Source: an uncultured Candidatus Saccharibacteria bacterium (lineage in GTDB: Bacteria > Patescibacteriota > UBA1384 > CAYGGE01). From it: a stretch of 34,204 nucleotides of DNA. Position numbers and translations under genes: made by a program. The stretch is from assembly GCA_964592905.1 (NCBI GenBank), contig CAZQGJ010000003.1, forward strand, positions 1 to 34,204, given 5' to 3'. Shown piece by piece: positions 14,191 through 22,505 of this stretch. The notes below the pieces were generated by a model. That model was not told the DNA's origin and made no database searches. It saw only the letters and a program-made list of their open reading frames with translations. Every line of letters starts with the position of its first letter. Within the stretch, counting starts at the first letter, position 1.

Positions 14191-15618
14191 ATGTCTAAAG
14201 CGCTCAGTCTCAGTTTAATCGCCTTTTTAACAATCGCTAATCTCATCGTTTGGGGCTGGCTGGGGACAGAACGCGCCTTTGCCGAACGCGTCGCGCCGGC
14301 CGTTTGGTTGGAACAACAATCGATCGGTGGCCTAAGTCGGGCCGAGCTAGAAACTGAGCTCGATCAATTAACCGAGAGTCTAGATACGCCTCTAACCCTC
14401 ACGGTTGGCGATCAGACAGCCACCATCAAACCAAGCGAACTAGGCATTGTCCTCGACCGCGAGCTGATAGTCGCCGAGGCCTTAGCCGCCAAGCGTCAAC
14501 AGGGCAAGCTGGCCAAATTGATCTGGCACGAGGTCCCGCAAACGAGGAATCTCAACCTTCATCTCGATACCGATCGGGAGCGCTTCGATAGTTGGTTAAT
14601 CAATAGCTTCAGCGGCCTCTTAGTCACACCGGTCAACGCTAAACTCACCCTCAATAGCGATCAGAAGTTAGAGTTTCAGCCTGGCACTATCGGCAAGACG
14701 CTCGAGGCCGAGCGACTACTCGAACAGATCCAATCGGCTATTCGACCGAATCAACCAGTCACTATTATTGCCAGCGTCAGCACTATTAATCCGAGCCTTT
14801 TCTCACCTAGTCAGGTCGAGCGGATTAAAACTCGACTGCAAAGCTTATTAGATAACGGGCTAAATCTTCAACTAGGCGAACAGACTAAGAGTCTGACCAA
14901 AGCCGAACTTTTTGGCCTCTTTAATTTAATCGAGACAGATAACGAGTTACGCGCCGAATTAGACAGCGCCAAACTAGATAAGATCCTCAACGAGATCAAT
15001 CAAAAGATCGCGGTTAAGGCCGTGGCCGAAGAGAAGAACGCTTTAACCGGCGAGATCCTCCGGGCCGGTAGCCCTGGTTTAGAGCTCGAAGTTGTCAAAT
15101 CGCGTCAAATCTTAACTGATTACCTAACCCAAGCCATCGCCTTAGACCAGGAACCAAAGTTCAAAACTACTCTCGCCTTGGCAAGCCTTGTAACGACGGC
15201 TACGAGCAAGAGCGTTTCGCCAGAGTTCTTACTCGGCCGAACACCGGGGCGTTATATCGAGATCGATCTCTCGGCGCAACGTTTGCATTTAATGGAGGGT
15301 GACCAGTATCATCGCACCTTTATCATCTCGACTGGCAAGTGGGACACTCCAACGCCGATCGGTGAGTTTCAGATATACAATCATCACCCCAATCCCTATT
15401 CCAAGCGCTACGGTCTGTATATGCCAAACTGGATGGCGATTACGCCCGATGGCGGCTATGGCCTGCATCAGCTCCCCTATTGGCCGGATGGTCGGGTCGA
15501 GGGTACCAGTCACCTCGGTCGCGCCGTCAGCCACGGCTGCGTGAGATTGGGACCAGGCGACTCGAAATATGTTTACGATTGGGCCGCCAACGGCACTAAA
15601 GTTTTCATCCATCAGTAA
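14191..15618 (+). CDS. L,D-transpeptidase (YkuD domain) with an N-terminal TM anchor
   Basis: 475-aa ORF whose C-terminal domain reads IEIDLSAQRLHLMEG...TGKWDTPTPIGEFQI...GLHQ...SHGCVRL, carrying the catalytic His and the G-C-[VI]-R-L Cys motif. Confidence 0.88.
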   Translation: MSKALSLSLIAFLTIANLIVWGWLGTERAFAERVAPAVWLEQQSIGGLSRAELETELDQLTESLDTPLTLTVGDQTATIKPSELGIVLDRELIVAEALAAKRQQGKLAKLIWHEVPQTRNLNLHLDTDRERFDSWLINSFSGLLVTPVNAKLTLNSDQKLEFQPGTIGKTLEAERLLEQIQSAIRPNQPVTIIASVSTINPSLFSPSQVERIKTRLQSLLDNGLNLQLGEQTKSLTKAELFGLFNLIETDNELRAELDSAKLDKILNEINQKIAVKAVAEEKNALTGEILRAGSPGLELEVVKSRQILTDYLTQAIALDQEPKFKTTLALASLVTTATSKSVSPEFLLGRTPGRYIEIDLSAQRLHLMEGDQYHRTFIISTGKWDTPTPIGEFQIYNHHPNPYSKRYGLYMPNWMAITPDGGYGLHQLPYWPDGRVEGTSHLGRAVSHGCVRLGPGDSKYVYDWAANGTKVFIHQ

Positions 15619-15636
15619 TAGAATAGCCCCTCAATA

Positions 15637-15666
15637 GAAAATACCCGATTTGACTCGGGTATTTTC
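15637..15666. terminator. Bidirectional rho-independent terminator between convergent ldt and rnj
   Basis: A perfect 12-bp stem pairs GAAAATACCCGA (15637-15648) with TCGGGTATTTTC (15655-15666) around a 6-nt loop. T-rich sequence lies at the stem ends in both orientations. Confidence 0.75.
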
Positions 15667-15698
15667 TGAATGGTTCGGCTAATGGCTCGGTTAAAAGT

Positions 15699-18185
15699 TT
15701 AAACTTCGATAATAACCGGAATGACCATCGGTTGGCGCTCGGTATGCTCATAGAGATACTCGGCCAACTCTTCACGGAGGGACTTACGAATATAGTCGTA
15801 GTTCATCGGATAGCGCGAGTTGTGATTAGTGAACATCCGTCGGACCTCTTGACGGGCCTTGTAGATCAGATCTTCGGCCGATCGCATATAAACGAAACCG
15901 CGCGAGATGATATCAGGGCTCGAGATTAGGTTGCCGCTCTGCTTATCAACGGTCAGAATGATGACAAAGATGCCATCTTTGGCCATCGCCTGACGATCGC
16001 GCAAGACGATATTGCCAACGTCTCCGATACCCAGACCATCGACCAAGACCTGTCCGGCTTGGACTCTTTCCGCCGAGACGCGACCAACACCATCGGCATC
16101 GAACTCAATGACGCCGCCGTTTTCTAAGATAAAGATCTTACCTGGATCAACGCCAAGTCTTTGCGCCATCCGACCGTGTTTGACCAGATGACGAAACTCG
16201 CCGTGAATTGGCAAGAAGTATTCTGGCTTCATCATGGCCATAATCATCTTCAGCTCTTCTTCGTTGGCATGACCAGAGACGTGAATGTCAACGGCCTTAC
16301 CATAGATAACGTGAGCGCCCTGCTTGTAGAGGTTGTTAACGACATCAAAAACCGAGGCTTCGTTGCCGGGAATAATCGAGGCCGAAATGACTACAGTATC
16401 GCCACGCTTGACTTGAATATGGCGATGTTCGCCAGAAGCAATACGTGACAGAGCCGAAAACTCCTCGCCCTGTGAACCAGTGGTCAAGAAAGTAATCTGA
16501 TGATCGGGCAAGCGCGAGGCAGTCCGTAAATCGACTAGCAAGCCTTGCGGCGCCTTCAAGAAGCCCAGTCGCATCGATTCGTCGATATATTTCTCGAGGC
16601 TGCGACCAGAGATGGCTAACTTACGACCGTACTTAACGGTGGCATCGATCGCCTGTTGAATGCGGTTAATCATCGAGGCAAAGGTCGTAAAGACGACTCG
16701 GCCCTTGGCATTTTTAAAGATTGAGTCAAAGGTTTCCGATAGAACCGATTCACTCATCTGGTAACCTGGCAGCTCGATATTAGTTGACTCCGAAAGCAGA
16801 AGCTTGACACCCTCACGCGAGAGCTCGGCGACTCTGACAAAGTCAAAAGGTTCACCAGAGATTGGCGTGTGGTCGATCTTCCAGTCGGTAAAGTGGGCAA
16901 AGAGACCCTGCGGAGTGCGAATGGCAAAGGCCAACGCATCAGGAATCGAGTGGGTGACGCGGACCGGTTCGATCTCGAAATCGCCTAAGCGAATCCGCTC
17001 ACCGGCTTGAATAATATGAATCGGGGCATCGATACCGTGCTCGGTTAGCTTAATTTTAATCAAGCCAGCGGTTAAGCCCGAGGCATAGATCGGACATTTC
17101 ATCTTCGGCCAGATATAAGGAATACCACCGATATGGTCTTCGTGTCCGTGAGTGATAACTAAGCCACGCAACTTACCAACATGTTCTTGAACATAGGTAA
17201 TATCAGGGATGACCAGGTCGACTCCGGGCATCGATTCGTCAGGAAAGGTCATACCGGCATCAACAACGATTAAATCGTTGTCGGTTTCGTAGGCCATAAT
17301 GTTTTTACCGATCTCACCTAAACCACCTAACGGGATCAGACGAAGTTTACCGGTTTTAGCCTCGGTATGTAACTTCGCTGGTTGAGGAGTCGTGGCGGGA
17401 GTCTGCTGAGTCGTATCCTCCATGGCCTGCATGGTCATGGCAAAGTGCGCCTCTTCGGCCGGCTGATTGTCAAAATCGCGGCGCATCGGCATGCGACGAC
17501 GGCGATCGTTCTTGCGGCTATCGCCATTAGTTTGCGTTGGGGCAAAGGTAGGACTGGCGGTCGCAGCAGGACTAGTGCTGTTGACGGTGCTGTTGGCAGT
17601 GCTGGCAGATCGAGGGGCTGCGCTAGCAGCTGTTGTTCGACGCGGTCGACGCTCGATCACGTGGCCGTTATTGATGCTCTCTCGAGTAAATAGCGGCTCA
17701 TTAGCAGTCGAACTCGAAGTTGGCCGATCGACTGGCCGAGGATTTGAATTCATAGGAGTTCCAGATTCGTTTTGACGCCAAGCGGCGACACGTAAACGGT
17801 TCGCCTCGGCCTCGCTCTGAGGTTGAGCTGGCGCATCGACGATGTTTTGTCGACGAAACCGAGGCGGAGCCGCATGATAAGCGGCAGCCGGCTGCTGAGG
17901 AGTGCCTTGTGGGGCGGACTGAGTTCGGTCGGTACGAGGATTGGTTCGAGAACTGTTGCGGGCTGGGCCAGCAAAGGCCTCGAAAGCTTGGGTATTAATT
18001 GGTTGAATAGTGGCGCCACGCGGGACGCTGCGGAGATCCTTGGCCGTAGTGGCTCGAGGAATCGGTGGGGTCAAGCTACGGGGCGGACGACCCGGACCGC
18101 GCTTGAGCGGTTGGTTAGCCGAAGCACCAGTGGCTCGAGAATCGAGCGGTTTCGGCATGGGATTTGAGTCGAAGTTATTCGACAT
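15699..18185 (-). CDS. rnj: Ribonuclease J with a roughly 277-aa low-complexity N-terminal extension
   Basis: 828-aa ORF. From about aa 278 it reads LRLIPLGGLGEIGKN...VVDAG...VITHGHEDHIGG, the beta-lactamase/beta-CASP RNase J core, through to a C-terminal domain ending at the stop. The ATG at 18185 is preceded by AGGAAAG and overlaps the stop of the upstream gene. Confidence 0.9.
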   Translation of the reverse strand: MSNNFDSNPMPKPLDSRATGASANQPLKRGPGRPPRSLTPPIPRATTAKDLRSVPRGATIQPINTQAFEAFAGPARNSSRTNPRTDRTQSAPQGTPQQPAAAYHAAPPRFRRQNIVDAPAQPQSEAEANRLRVAAWRQNESGTPMNSNPRPVDRPTSSSTANEPLFTRESINNGHVIERRPRRTTAASAAPRSASTANSTVNSTSPAATASPTFAPTQTNGDSRKNDRRRRMPMRRDFDNQPAEEAHFAMTMQAMEDTTQQTPATTPQPAKLHTEAKTGKLRLIPLGGLGEIGKNIMAYETDNDLIVVDAGMTFPDESMPGVDLVIPDITYVQEHVGKLRGLVITHGHEDHIGGIPYIWPKMKCPIYASGLTAGLIKIKLTEHGIDAPIHIIQAGERIRLGDFEIEPVRVTHSIPDALAFAIRTPQGLFAHFTDWKIDHTPISGEPFDFVRVAELSREGVKLLLSESTNIELPGYQMSESVLSETFDSIFKNAKGRVVFTTFASMINRIQQAIDATVKYGRKLAISGRSLEKYIDESMRLGFLKAPQGLLVDLRTASRLPDHQITFLTTGSQGEEFSALSRIASGEHRHIQVKRGDTVVISASIIPGNEASVFDVVNNLYKQGAHVIYGKAVDIHVSGHANEEELKMIMAMMKPEYFLPIHGEFRHLVKHGRMAQRLGVDPGKIFILENGGVIEFDADGVGRVSAERVQAGQVLVDGLGIGDVGNIVLRDRQAMAKDGIFVIILTVDKQSGNLISSPDIISRGFVYMRSAEDLIYKARQEVRRMFTNHNSRYPMNYDYIRKSLREELAEYLYEHTERQPMVIPVIIEV

Positions 18186-18891
18186 GAGTACTTTCCTTTC
18201 TTTTGAAAGTCAGATATTGCAGAGCGGAGGGAGGGTCTTGATCGGTGTGAAGCGGCCAAGCTAGCCAATCCGACTCGGCAAACGAATTAATTAATTGTAA
18301 ATATTGAGGTATTTGTTGAAAATCTGCCGCTAACACTGGCTCGAGCTGTCGATTATAGATGGCCGCTGCCGGATGATAGAGAGTTAGCGTGGGCGTGAGC
18401 TTAGGCATCAGGCGATCGATAACGGTGTGCCGCCATAAACGACCATGTTCTCGACTAATCTGCCAAGCTTGAAGCTGGCTGGCGGCAACACTCCGCTCAA
18501 AGAGCAAAGCGATAGCCGATATTCGACCAAGAGTGACGATCAGTTGAGGTTGGATCAGGGCAATCTCTTGGCAGAGCCAGTTAAAATTCGCCTCAATCTC
18601 GTCCGGTAAAGGATCGCGATTAGCCGGCGGCCGATATTTCACCAGATTAGTGATGTAAAGCTGTTCACGCGACCAACCGATGGTGGTTAGCGCCTGATTC
18701 AACCAACGACCAGAGGCGCCAACAAAAGGGAGGCCAGCTAGATCCTCGGCTTGGCCGGGAGCTTCGCCAATGAGAACGACATCTGCTTGCGGGTGACCAT
18801 GACCAAAAACTGGTTGGCTAGCGGAGGCTAAACTCGGCAGTGAGCCGGATTGCGCCATATATGAGTTGAGAGCAGATAGGTTTTTAAACAA
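18175..18891 (-). CDS. Uracil-DNA glycosylase, family-4-like
   Basis: The protein has GEAPGQAED (motif A), PFVGASG, NLVKYRPPANRDP and LYHPAAA (motif B). The ORF-track start is a TTG at 18891, and the first ATG is at 18858. Confidence 0.8.
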   Translation of the reverse strand: MFKNLSALNSYMAQSGSLPSLASASQPVFGHGHPQADVVLIGEAPGQAEDLAGLPFVGASGRWLNQALTTIGWSREQLYITNLVKYRPPANRDPLPDEIEANFNWLCQEIALIQPQLIVTLGRISAIALLFERSVAASQLQAWQISREHGRLWRHTVIDRLMPKLTPTLTLYHPAAAIYNRQLEPVLAADFQQIPQYLQLINSFAESDWLAWPLHTDQDPPSALQYLTFKRKESTHVE

Positions 18892-18900
18892 TGGAGAATT

Positions 18901-18929
18901 AGCATATCAGGGATAGAGTTGTATGTCAA
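18901..18929 (-). promoter_or_regulatory. Candidate promoter for the udg-rnj operon (TTGACA-17-TATGCT)
   Basis: Read on the minus strand, TTGACA lies at 18929-18924, followed by a 17-nt spacer and TATGCT at 18906-18901, 9 nt upstream of the TTG at 18891. Confidence 0.5.
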
Positions 18930-18977
18930 GGCTAACAGGTTTAATTTACTGGTAGGTTGTCTGTTTATAGATAAAGA

Positions 18978-19027
18978 GATCCCCCACTAGCACTGCCGGT
19001 GGGGGATCTAAGCTCCTCGAAGGAGCT
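18978..19027 (-). terminator. Double hairpin terminator after the NMP-kinase-like gene
   Basis: One hairpin pairs AGCTCCT with AGGAGCT (19011-19027) and overlaps the stop codon. A 10-bp hairpin pairs GATCCCCCAC with GTGGGGGATC (18978-19008). On the minus strand CTCTTTATCTAT follows. Confidence 0.55.
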
Positions 19028-19751
19028 ACGAGTCGTTGCCGCGAGGAGGGCATTCTGTTAACCAGCGACCACACGGCGTATGGTCCAAAAACGCATGCCC
19101 TTCACTTGCAGTCAGACTAGGCCGTTGTCGAGTGTCCAAGCCTGTCCAGACGATCGATCGCCAGAATCGCTCCACTCTACCGTATAGCTCATCCAAGCCA
19201 TCACAGTTGGAAAGGTTGTGATGAGCCATATTGCGCACTGACTCAAGATCGATGCACGGTGCAGCCCCTGACTTCTCTTGAAGGAGAAAATCGATGGCCT
19301 CTGCCTCGGTAAGCCCATCCCTGGAAACTAGCGCATCACGACACTGATCGAATGGTCTATCGATCCAGACTACTGTCACAGTGGCGTGTTGGTTTGGGAA
19401 AATTGTTTGCAGGTAATCAGCCTGATCGCCACGCCTGAGCCCATCGACAATGCAAATCGTTGGCACCGACGTACACCGAGGTACGATTTGCGGCACGTAG
19501 AGCGTGAAAGGAAACCCGAACTCATCTTTCAGTGGATGAGTATTCATGGCCTGACGAATTTCATCTCGCGAAGCTTGCGAACTACAGTTCAGTGCTAGAC
19601 GAAGCTCTGTTGAGCCGATCGAGATACAGTTGACCTGATGCACCTGGGCAAGACGCTCTAGATGACCTCTCACAGTACCTTTGCCACCCGCTGACTGACA
19701 GGCAAGTGCGATCACCATGATCGGCTTCTTGGGTATTAACTGAGCCCTCAT
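19026..19751 (-). CDS. Divergent P-loop nucleoside-monophosphate-kinase-like protein (adenylate-kinase-like fold), Cys-rich
   Basis: The ATG at 19751 has GGAGG 8-9 nt upstream; the ORF-track start is a TTG at 19757. Matches to adenylate kinase are:
- SAGGKGT against GAGKGT
- ISIGSTELR against ISTGDMLR
- IVDGLRRGDQADYL against LLDGFPRTIPQADAM

A C-terminal tail of roughly 60 aa contains C-x-x-x-x-x-x-C. Confidence 0.6.
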   Translation of the reverse strand: MRAQLIPKKPIMVIALACQSAGGKGTVRGHLERLAQVHQVNCISIGSTELRLALNCSSQASRDEIRQAMNTHPLKDEFGFPFTLYVPQIVPRCTSVPTICIVDGLRRGDQADYLQTIFPNQHATVTVVWIDRPFDQCRDALVSRDGLTEAEAIDFLLQEKSGAAPCIDLESVRNMAHHNLSNCDGLDELYGRVERFWRSIVWTGLDTRQRPSLTASEGHAFLDHTPCGRWLTECPPRGNDS

Positions 19752-19768
19752 TCCCAAAACCCTCCGGG

Positions 19769-19794
19769 AAAAAAGTCAACTCGGACGATCCGAG
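19769..19794 (-). terminator. Weak terminator candidate after GH-like gene A
   Basis: A 6-bp stem pairs CTCGGA with TCCGAG (19780-19794) around a 3-nt loop, followed on the minus strand by TTGACTTTTTT. Confidence 0.3.
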
Positions 19795-19885
19795 CTGAAC
19801 AGTTGAGATGTGGCCATCTTACGGCGAATATACTAGAGTGTCAAGGCTTTTGGCCTTGATTTCCGAGAGTCAGGCAACGCCAAGG

Positions 19886-21136
19886 CTAACGGCGGTCGCG
19901 AATGAAAGCCTGATAACGATGAAAGGCCTGTTTCGGTCCGACGACCAGTCGGGTCGAGCGATCAACATTGACGATAGAGTAACCCTGTTCGGCCGGAGGT
20001 GCCGAGAGATCCTCGATAAGGTTAAACACAAACAAACCGGCAACCGAGCGATCGGCGTAAGCCTGTTTCGCAATCGACTCAATGAAATCTGCTTGGGCCT
20101 TCTCGTTAGCATCAGCGCTACCGCGGCGGCGATTAACCTCGGTCAGCCAGATTGGTTTGCCAAAGCTCTTGAGCTTGGCCAAGAGCTCATAGGTCTGTTT
20201 CTTCTTGGCATCGAGGGTTGGTCGACTAAGGCTACTCCCCATATCTGAAAACCAGTTCCAACCCAGAATCTCAAAGGCTTTGTCACCACCCTCTTTCATA
20301 AAACGATCGAAGAAACCGGTATGAACCCATTGATCGTTGATCAGGCGGCGGGTGTTAGGATCGTTGTCCTTGACCGCCCGAGAGGCCGCCAATAACCAAG
20401 TTTTAACCGCTTGGTAACGGCTATCGACATAATCACCCTTGTCAATACCGTGATGACCGGCGGATTTAATGGCCACCGAGGCCGGCTCAGTCGCCAGCTG
20501 CCAAACGCTCACCTGACCGGCGCGGGGCTTAACTATTTTGGCCACATAATCGTAGGCGCTCTGATCGAGCGACGGATCGCTAAAGATATCTCGCGGGCCA
20601 AAAGGAATAATCATGACCACTTCGAGACCTGCCTCTCGGGCTTTGGCCAAGGCCGCATCGGAAGCAGTTGGGTTATTTGGAGCAAAGTCGATTCGGACGC
20701 TCTTGACCCCTAGCTCCTTAGCTAGGCGATACTGCTCGGGTAGAAATTCCTCGTTCTGATCGGCAAAAGGAAAGATATTCACAGATATTCCCCAAGTAAA
20801 GTTCTGTCGGTTGACTGCCGGTTTAGCGGGCGCCGGACTGCTTTTAGCCGCTGGCTTGGGACTGGTTGAGGCGACGGGAGTCGGCGTTGGCGTTACGGCT
20901 GGCGTTGGACTGGTCGTCGTAGTCGTCTGTATCGAGGCCACCGTAGTCGGTTCGGCAGGTTTGGCCGGCATTAAGCGCGCCGCCCCGGCCCCCGTTCCCA
21001 CACCGATACCGGCAATCGAAACGATAGCTAAGAGCTGTCGAACAACCGGTGACAAAGAGGCTAAGCTGTGACGAAGAAAAGTAAACATACCTTCATAATA
21101 TAAGCTAGCTGTCCACTTCTTGAAAGAGGACGACAT
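19886..21136 (-). CDS. Membrane-anchored glycoside-hydrolase-like TIM-barrel protein (paralog A) with a Pro/Thr/Ala-rich linker
   Basis: 416-aa ORF with the TM helix LLAIVSIAGIGVGTGAGAA and a PT-rich linker of roughly 60 aa. The catalytic-type domain has candidate Glu motifs QLATEP and IWLTEV. An alternative ATG lies at 21088 (M17). Confidence 0.8.
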   Translation of the reverse strand: MSSSFKKWTASLYYEGMFTFLRHSLASLSPVVRQLLAIVSIAGIGVGTGAGAARLMPAKPAEPTTVASIQTTTTTSPTPAVTPTPTPVASTSPKPAAKSSPAPAKPAVNRQNFTWGISVNIFPFADQNEEFLPEQYRLAKELGVKSVRIDFAPNNPTASDAALAKAREAGLEVVMIIPFGPRDIFSDPSLDQSAYDYVAKIVKPRAGQVSVWQLATEPASVAIKSAGHHGIDKGDYVDSRYQAVKTWLLAASRAVKDNDPNTRRLINDQWVHTGFFDRFMKEGGDKAFEILGWNWFSDMGSSLSRPTLDAKKKQTYELLAKLKSFGKPIWLTEVNRRRGSADANEKAQADFIESIAKQAYADRSVAGLFVFNLIEDLSAPPAEQGYSIVNVDRSTRLVVGPKQAFHRYQAFIRDRR

Positions 21137-21147
21137 TCTGATAAGAT
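21120..21147 (+). promoter_or_regulatory. Candidate promoter for the rml-wzx-GT operon (TTGAAA-16-TAAGAT)
   Basis: TTGAAA lies at 21120-21125, followed by a 16-nt spacer and TAAGAT at 21142-21147. The SD AAGGAG at 21173-21178 is 5 nt from the ATG at 21184. The complement of the -10 box reads TATCTT, 6 nt upstream of the divergent ATG at 21136. Confidence 0.4.
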
Positions 21148-21183
21148 AGACAGGATACAGAACCGAGCAACTAAGGAGTACCG

Positions 21184-21939
21184 ATGAAAGGTATTGTTCT
21201 CGCCGGTGGCAAAGGCAGCCGTCTCTACCCCATGACGCACGCCACCAATAAACACCTTCTCCCTATCTACGATCAGCCGATGATCTACTATCCAATCCAG
21301 ACCTTGACCAAGGCCGGCATTACCGAAATCGCCGTCCTGACTGGCGGTCCTCACGCTGGACACATGATCCGCGTACTCAAAAATGGCCATGAGCTCGGCG
21401 TGACTCGTTTAGACTATATCTATCAAGAGGGCGAGGGTGGCATCGCTCAAGCCTTGGGTCTCTGTGAACGATTTGCCGATGGTGATTCAGTGGCGGTTAT
21501 CTTGGGCGATAACACGACCGATGCCGATATCGGACCCGCCGTCCAAGAGTTTCAGTCTGGTGCCAAGCTCTTCTTAAAAGAAGTCAACGACCCTGAACGG
21601 TTTGGTGTAGCGGTCTTCGACCCGGCTGACGCAGAGAAAATCATCCGCATCGACGAAAAGCCTGCCCAACCCGCCAGTAATATGGCAGTTACCGGTCTAT
21701 ATATTTACGATAATGAAGTGTTTGAACATATTAAAAATATTAAGCCGTCGAACCGAGGCGAGCTCGAGATCACCGATGTTAACAATCGCTACATCGAGGC
21801 GCAGGCCATGAGTTGGTCGTTACTCGATGGCTTTTGGTCCGATGCCGGCAAACCAGAGTCGCTCTTTAGAGCCAACGCCTATTACGCGCGCAAACAGCTT
21901 GGCAGTGAGTTCGATCATTTAATGCAGAGTCTCGACTAA
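21184..21939 (+). CDS. rmlA: Glucose-1-phosphate thymidylyltransferase (short form)
   Basis: MKGIVLAGGKGSRLYPMTHATNKHLLPIYDQPMIYYP closely matches the RmlA N-terminal signature. The protein is 251 aa. Confidence 0.85.
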   Translation: MKGIVLAGGKGSRLYPMTHATNKHLLPIYDQPMIYYPIQTLTKAGITEIAVLTGGPHAGHMIRVLKNGHELGVTRLDYIYQEGEGGIAQALGLCERFADGDSVAVILGDNTTDADIGPAVQEFQSGAKLFLKEVNDPERFGVAVFDPADAEKIIRIDEKPAQPASNMAVTGLYIYDNEVFEHIKNIKPSNRGELEITDVNNRYIEAQAMSWSLLDGFWSDAGKPESLFRANAYYARKQLGSEFDHLMQSLD

Positions 21940-21940
21940 G

Positions 21941-22489
21941 ATGTCACAAACTCTGCCAATTAATCTGACGCCCAAGGCTAAGTCCGCTCTGAGTACTCAG
22001 AGCTATGCTGCTGCAACCGTTCTCGATGGCGTGATGACACATGACTTACCGCATTTTATCGATGACGGTGGGACTTTTATCGAAGTGGCGCGCTTGACTG
22101 ACGGTTGGCACGATTGGCTACCCGAAACCCAGGCCAAACAAGTCAGCTTCTCCCAGATGTCGCCAGGCGTGATCAAGGGCTTTCATCTGCATTTTCATCA
22201 AGACGATGTCTGGTTCATTCCGCCGAGTAGTCTGATGTTAATCGGGCTCTACGACGCTAGACAGGATTCTAAAACGGCCGGCCTCAGTCAGCGCTTAGTC
22301 TTAGGTGGTGGCAAGGCGCGATTGCTCAAGATCCCGCGCGGTGTCGCCCACGGAGTGCGCAATGTCGGCAATCAAGATGGCTTTATCTTTTACTTTGTCA
22401 GCCAACAGTTCGACGCCAAAGCGCCCGATGAACACCGCCTGCCATTCGACTTTTTGGGAGCTGACTTTTTTGAGTTAACCAAAGGCTAA
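21941..22489 (+). CDS. rmlC: dTDP-4-dehydrorhamnose 3,5-epimerase-like cupin
   Basis: 182-aa ORF with FIDDGGTFIEV, KGFHLH (catalytic His region), IPRGVAHG and FIFYFVSQQFD (Tyr region). It starts 1 nt after the rmlA stop. Confidence 0.75.
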   Translation: MSQTLPINLTPKAKSALSTQSYAAATVLDGVMTHDLPHFIDDGGTFIEVARLTDGWHDWLPETQAKQVSFSQMSPGVIKGFHLHFHQDDVWFIPPSSLMLIGLYDARQDSKTAGLSQRLVLGGGKARLLKIPRGVAHGVRNVGNQDGFIFYFVSQQFDAKAPDEHRLPFDFLGADFFELTKG

Positions 22490-22505
22490 GTTTAAAGGTT
22501 AAATT

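Noticed and set aside
17382-18264. Four long plus-strand ORFs (102-114 aa and 84 aa) antisense to the RNase J N-terminal region.
   Set aside because: They arise because the GC-rich, low-complexity extension has few stop codons in any frame. The sense frame is supported by an SD, coupling to the upstream stop, and continuity with the conserved RNase J core.
19808-21071. Plus-strand ORFs 19808-20248, 20411-20713 and 20811-21071, and the minus-strand alternative-frame ORF 19870-20112.
   Set aside because: All are nested in GH-like gene A. That gene's frame is validated by its paralog at 30485-31540, so these are shadow ORFs.
21061-21390. A 109-aa minus-strand ORF spanning the divergent promoter region and the 5' end of rmlA.
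   Set aside because: It overlaps the strongly conserved RmlA N-terminus in antisense and the GH-like A start region, and it has no independent support.
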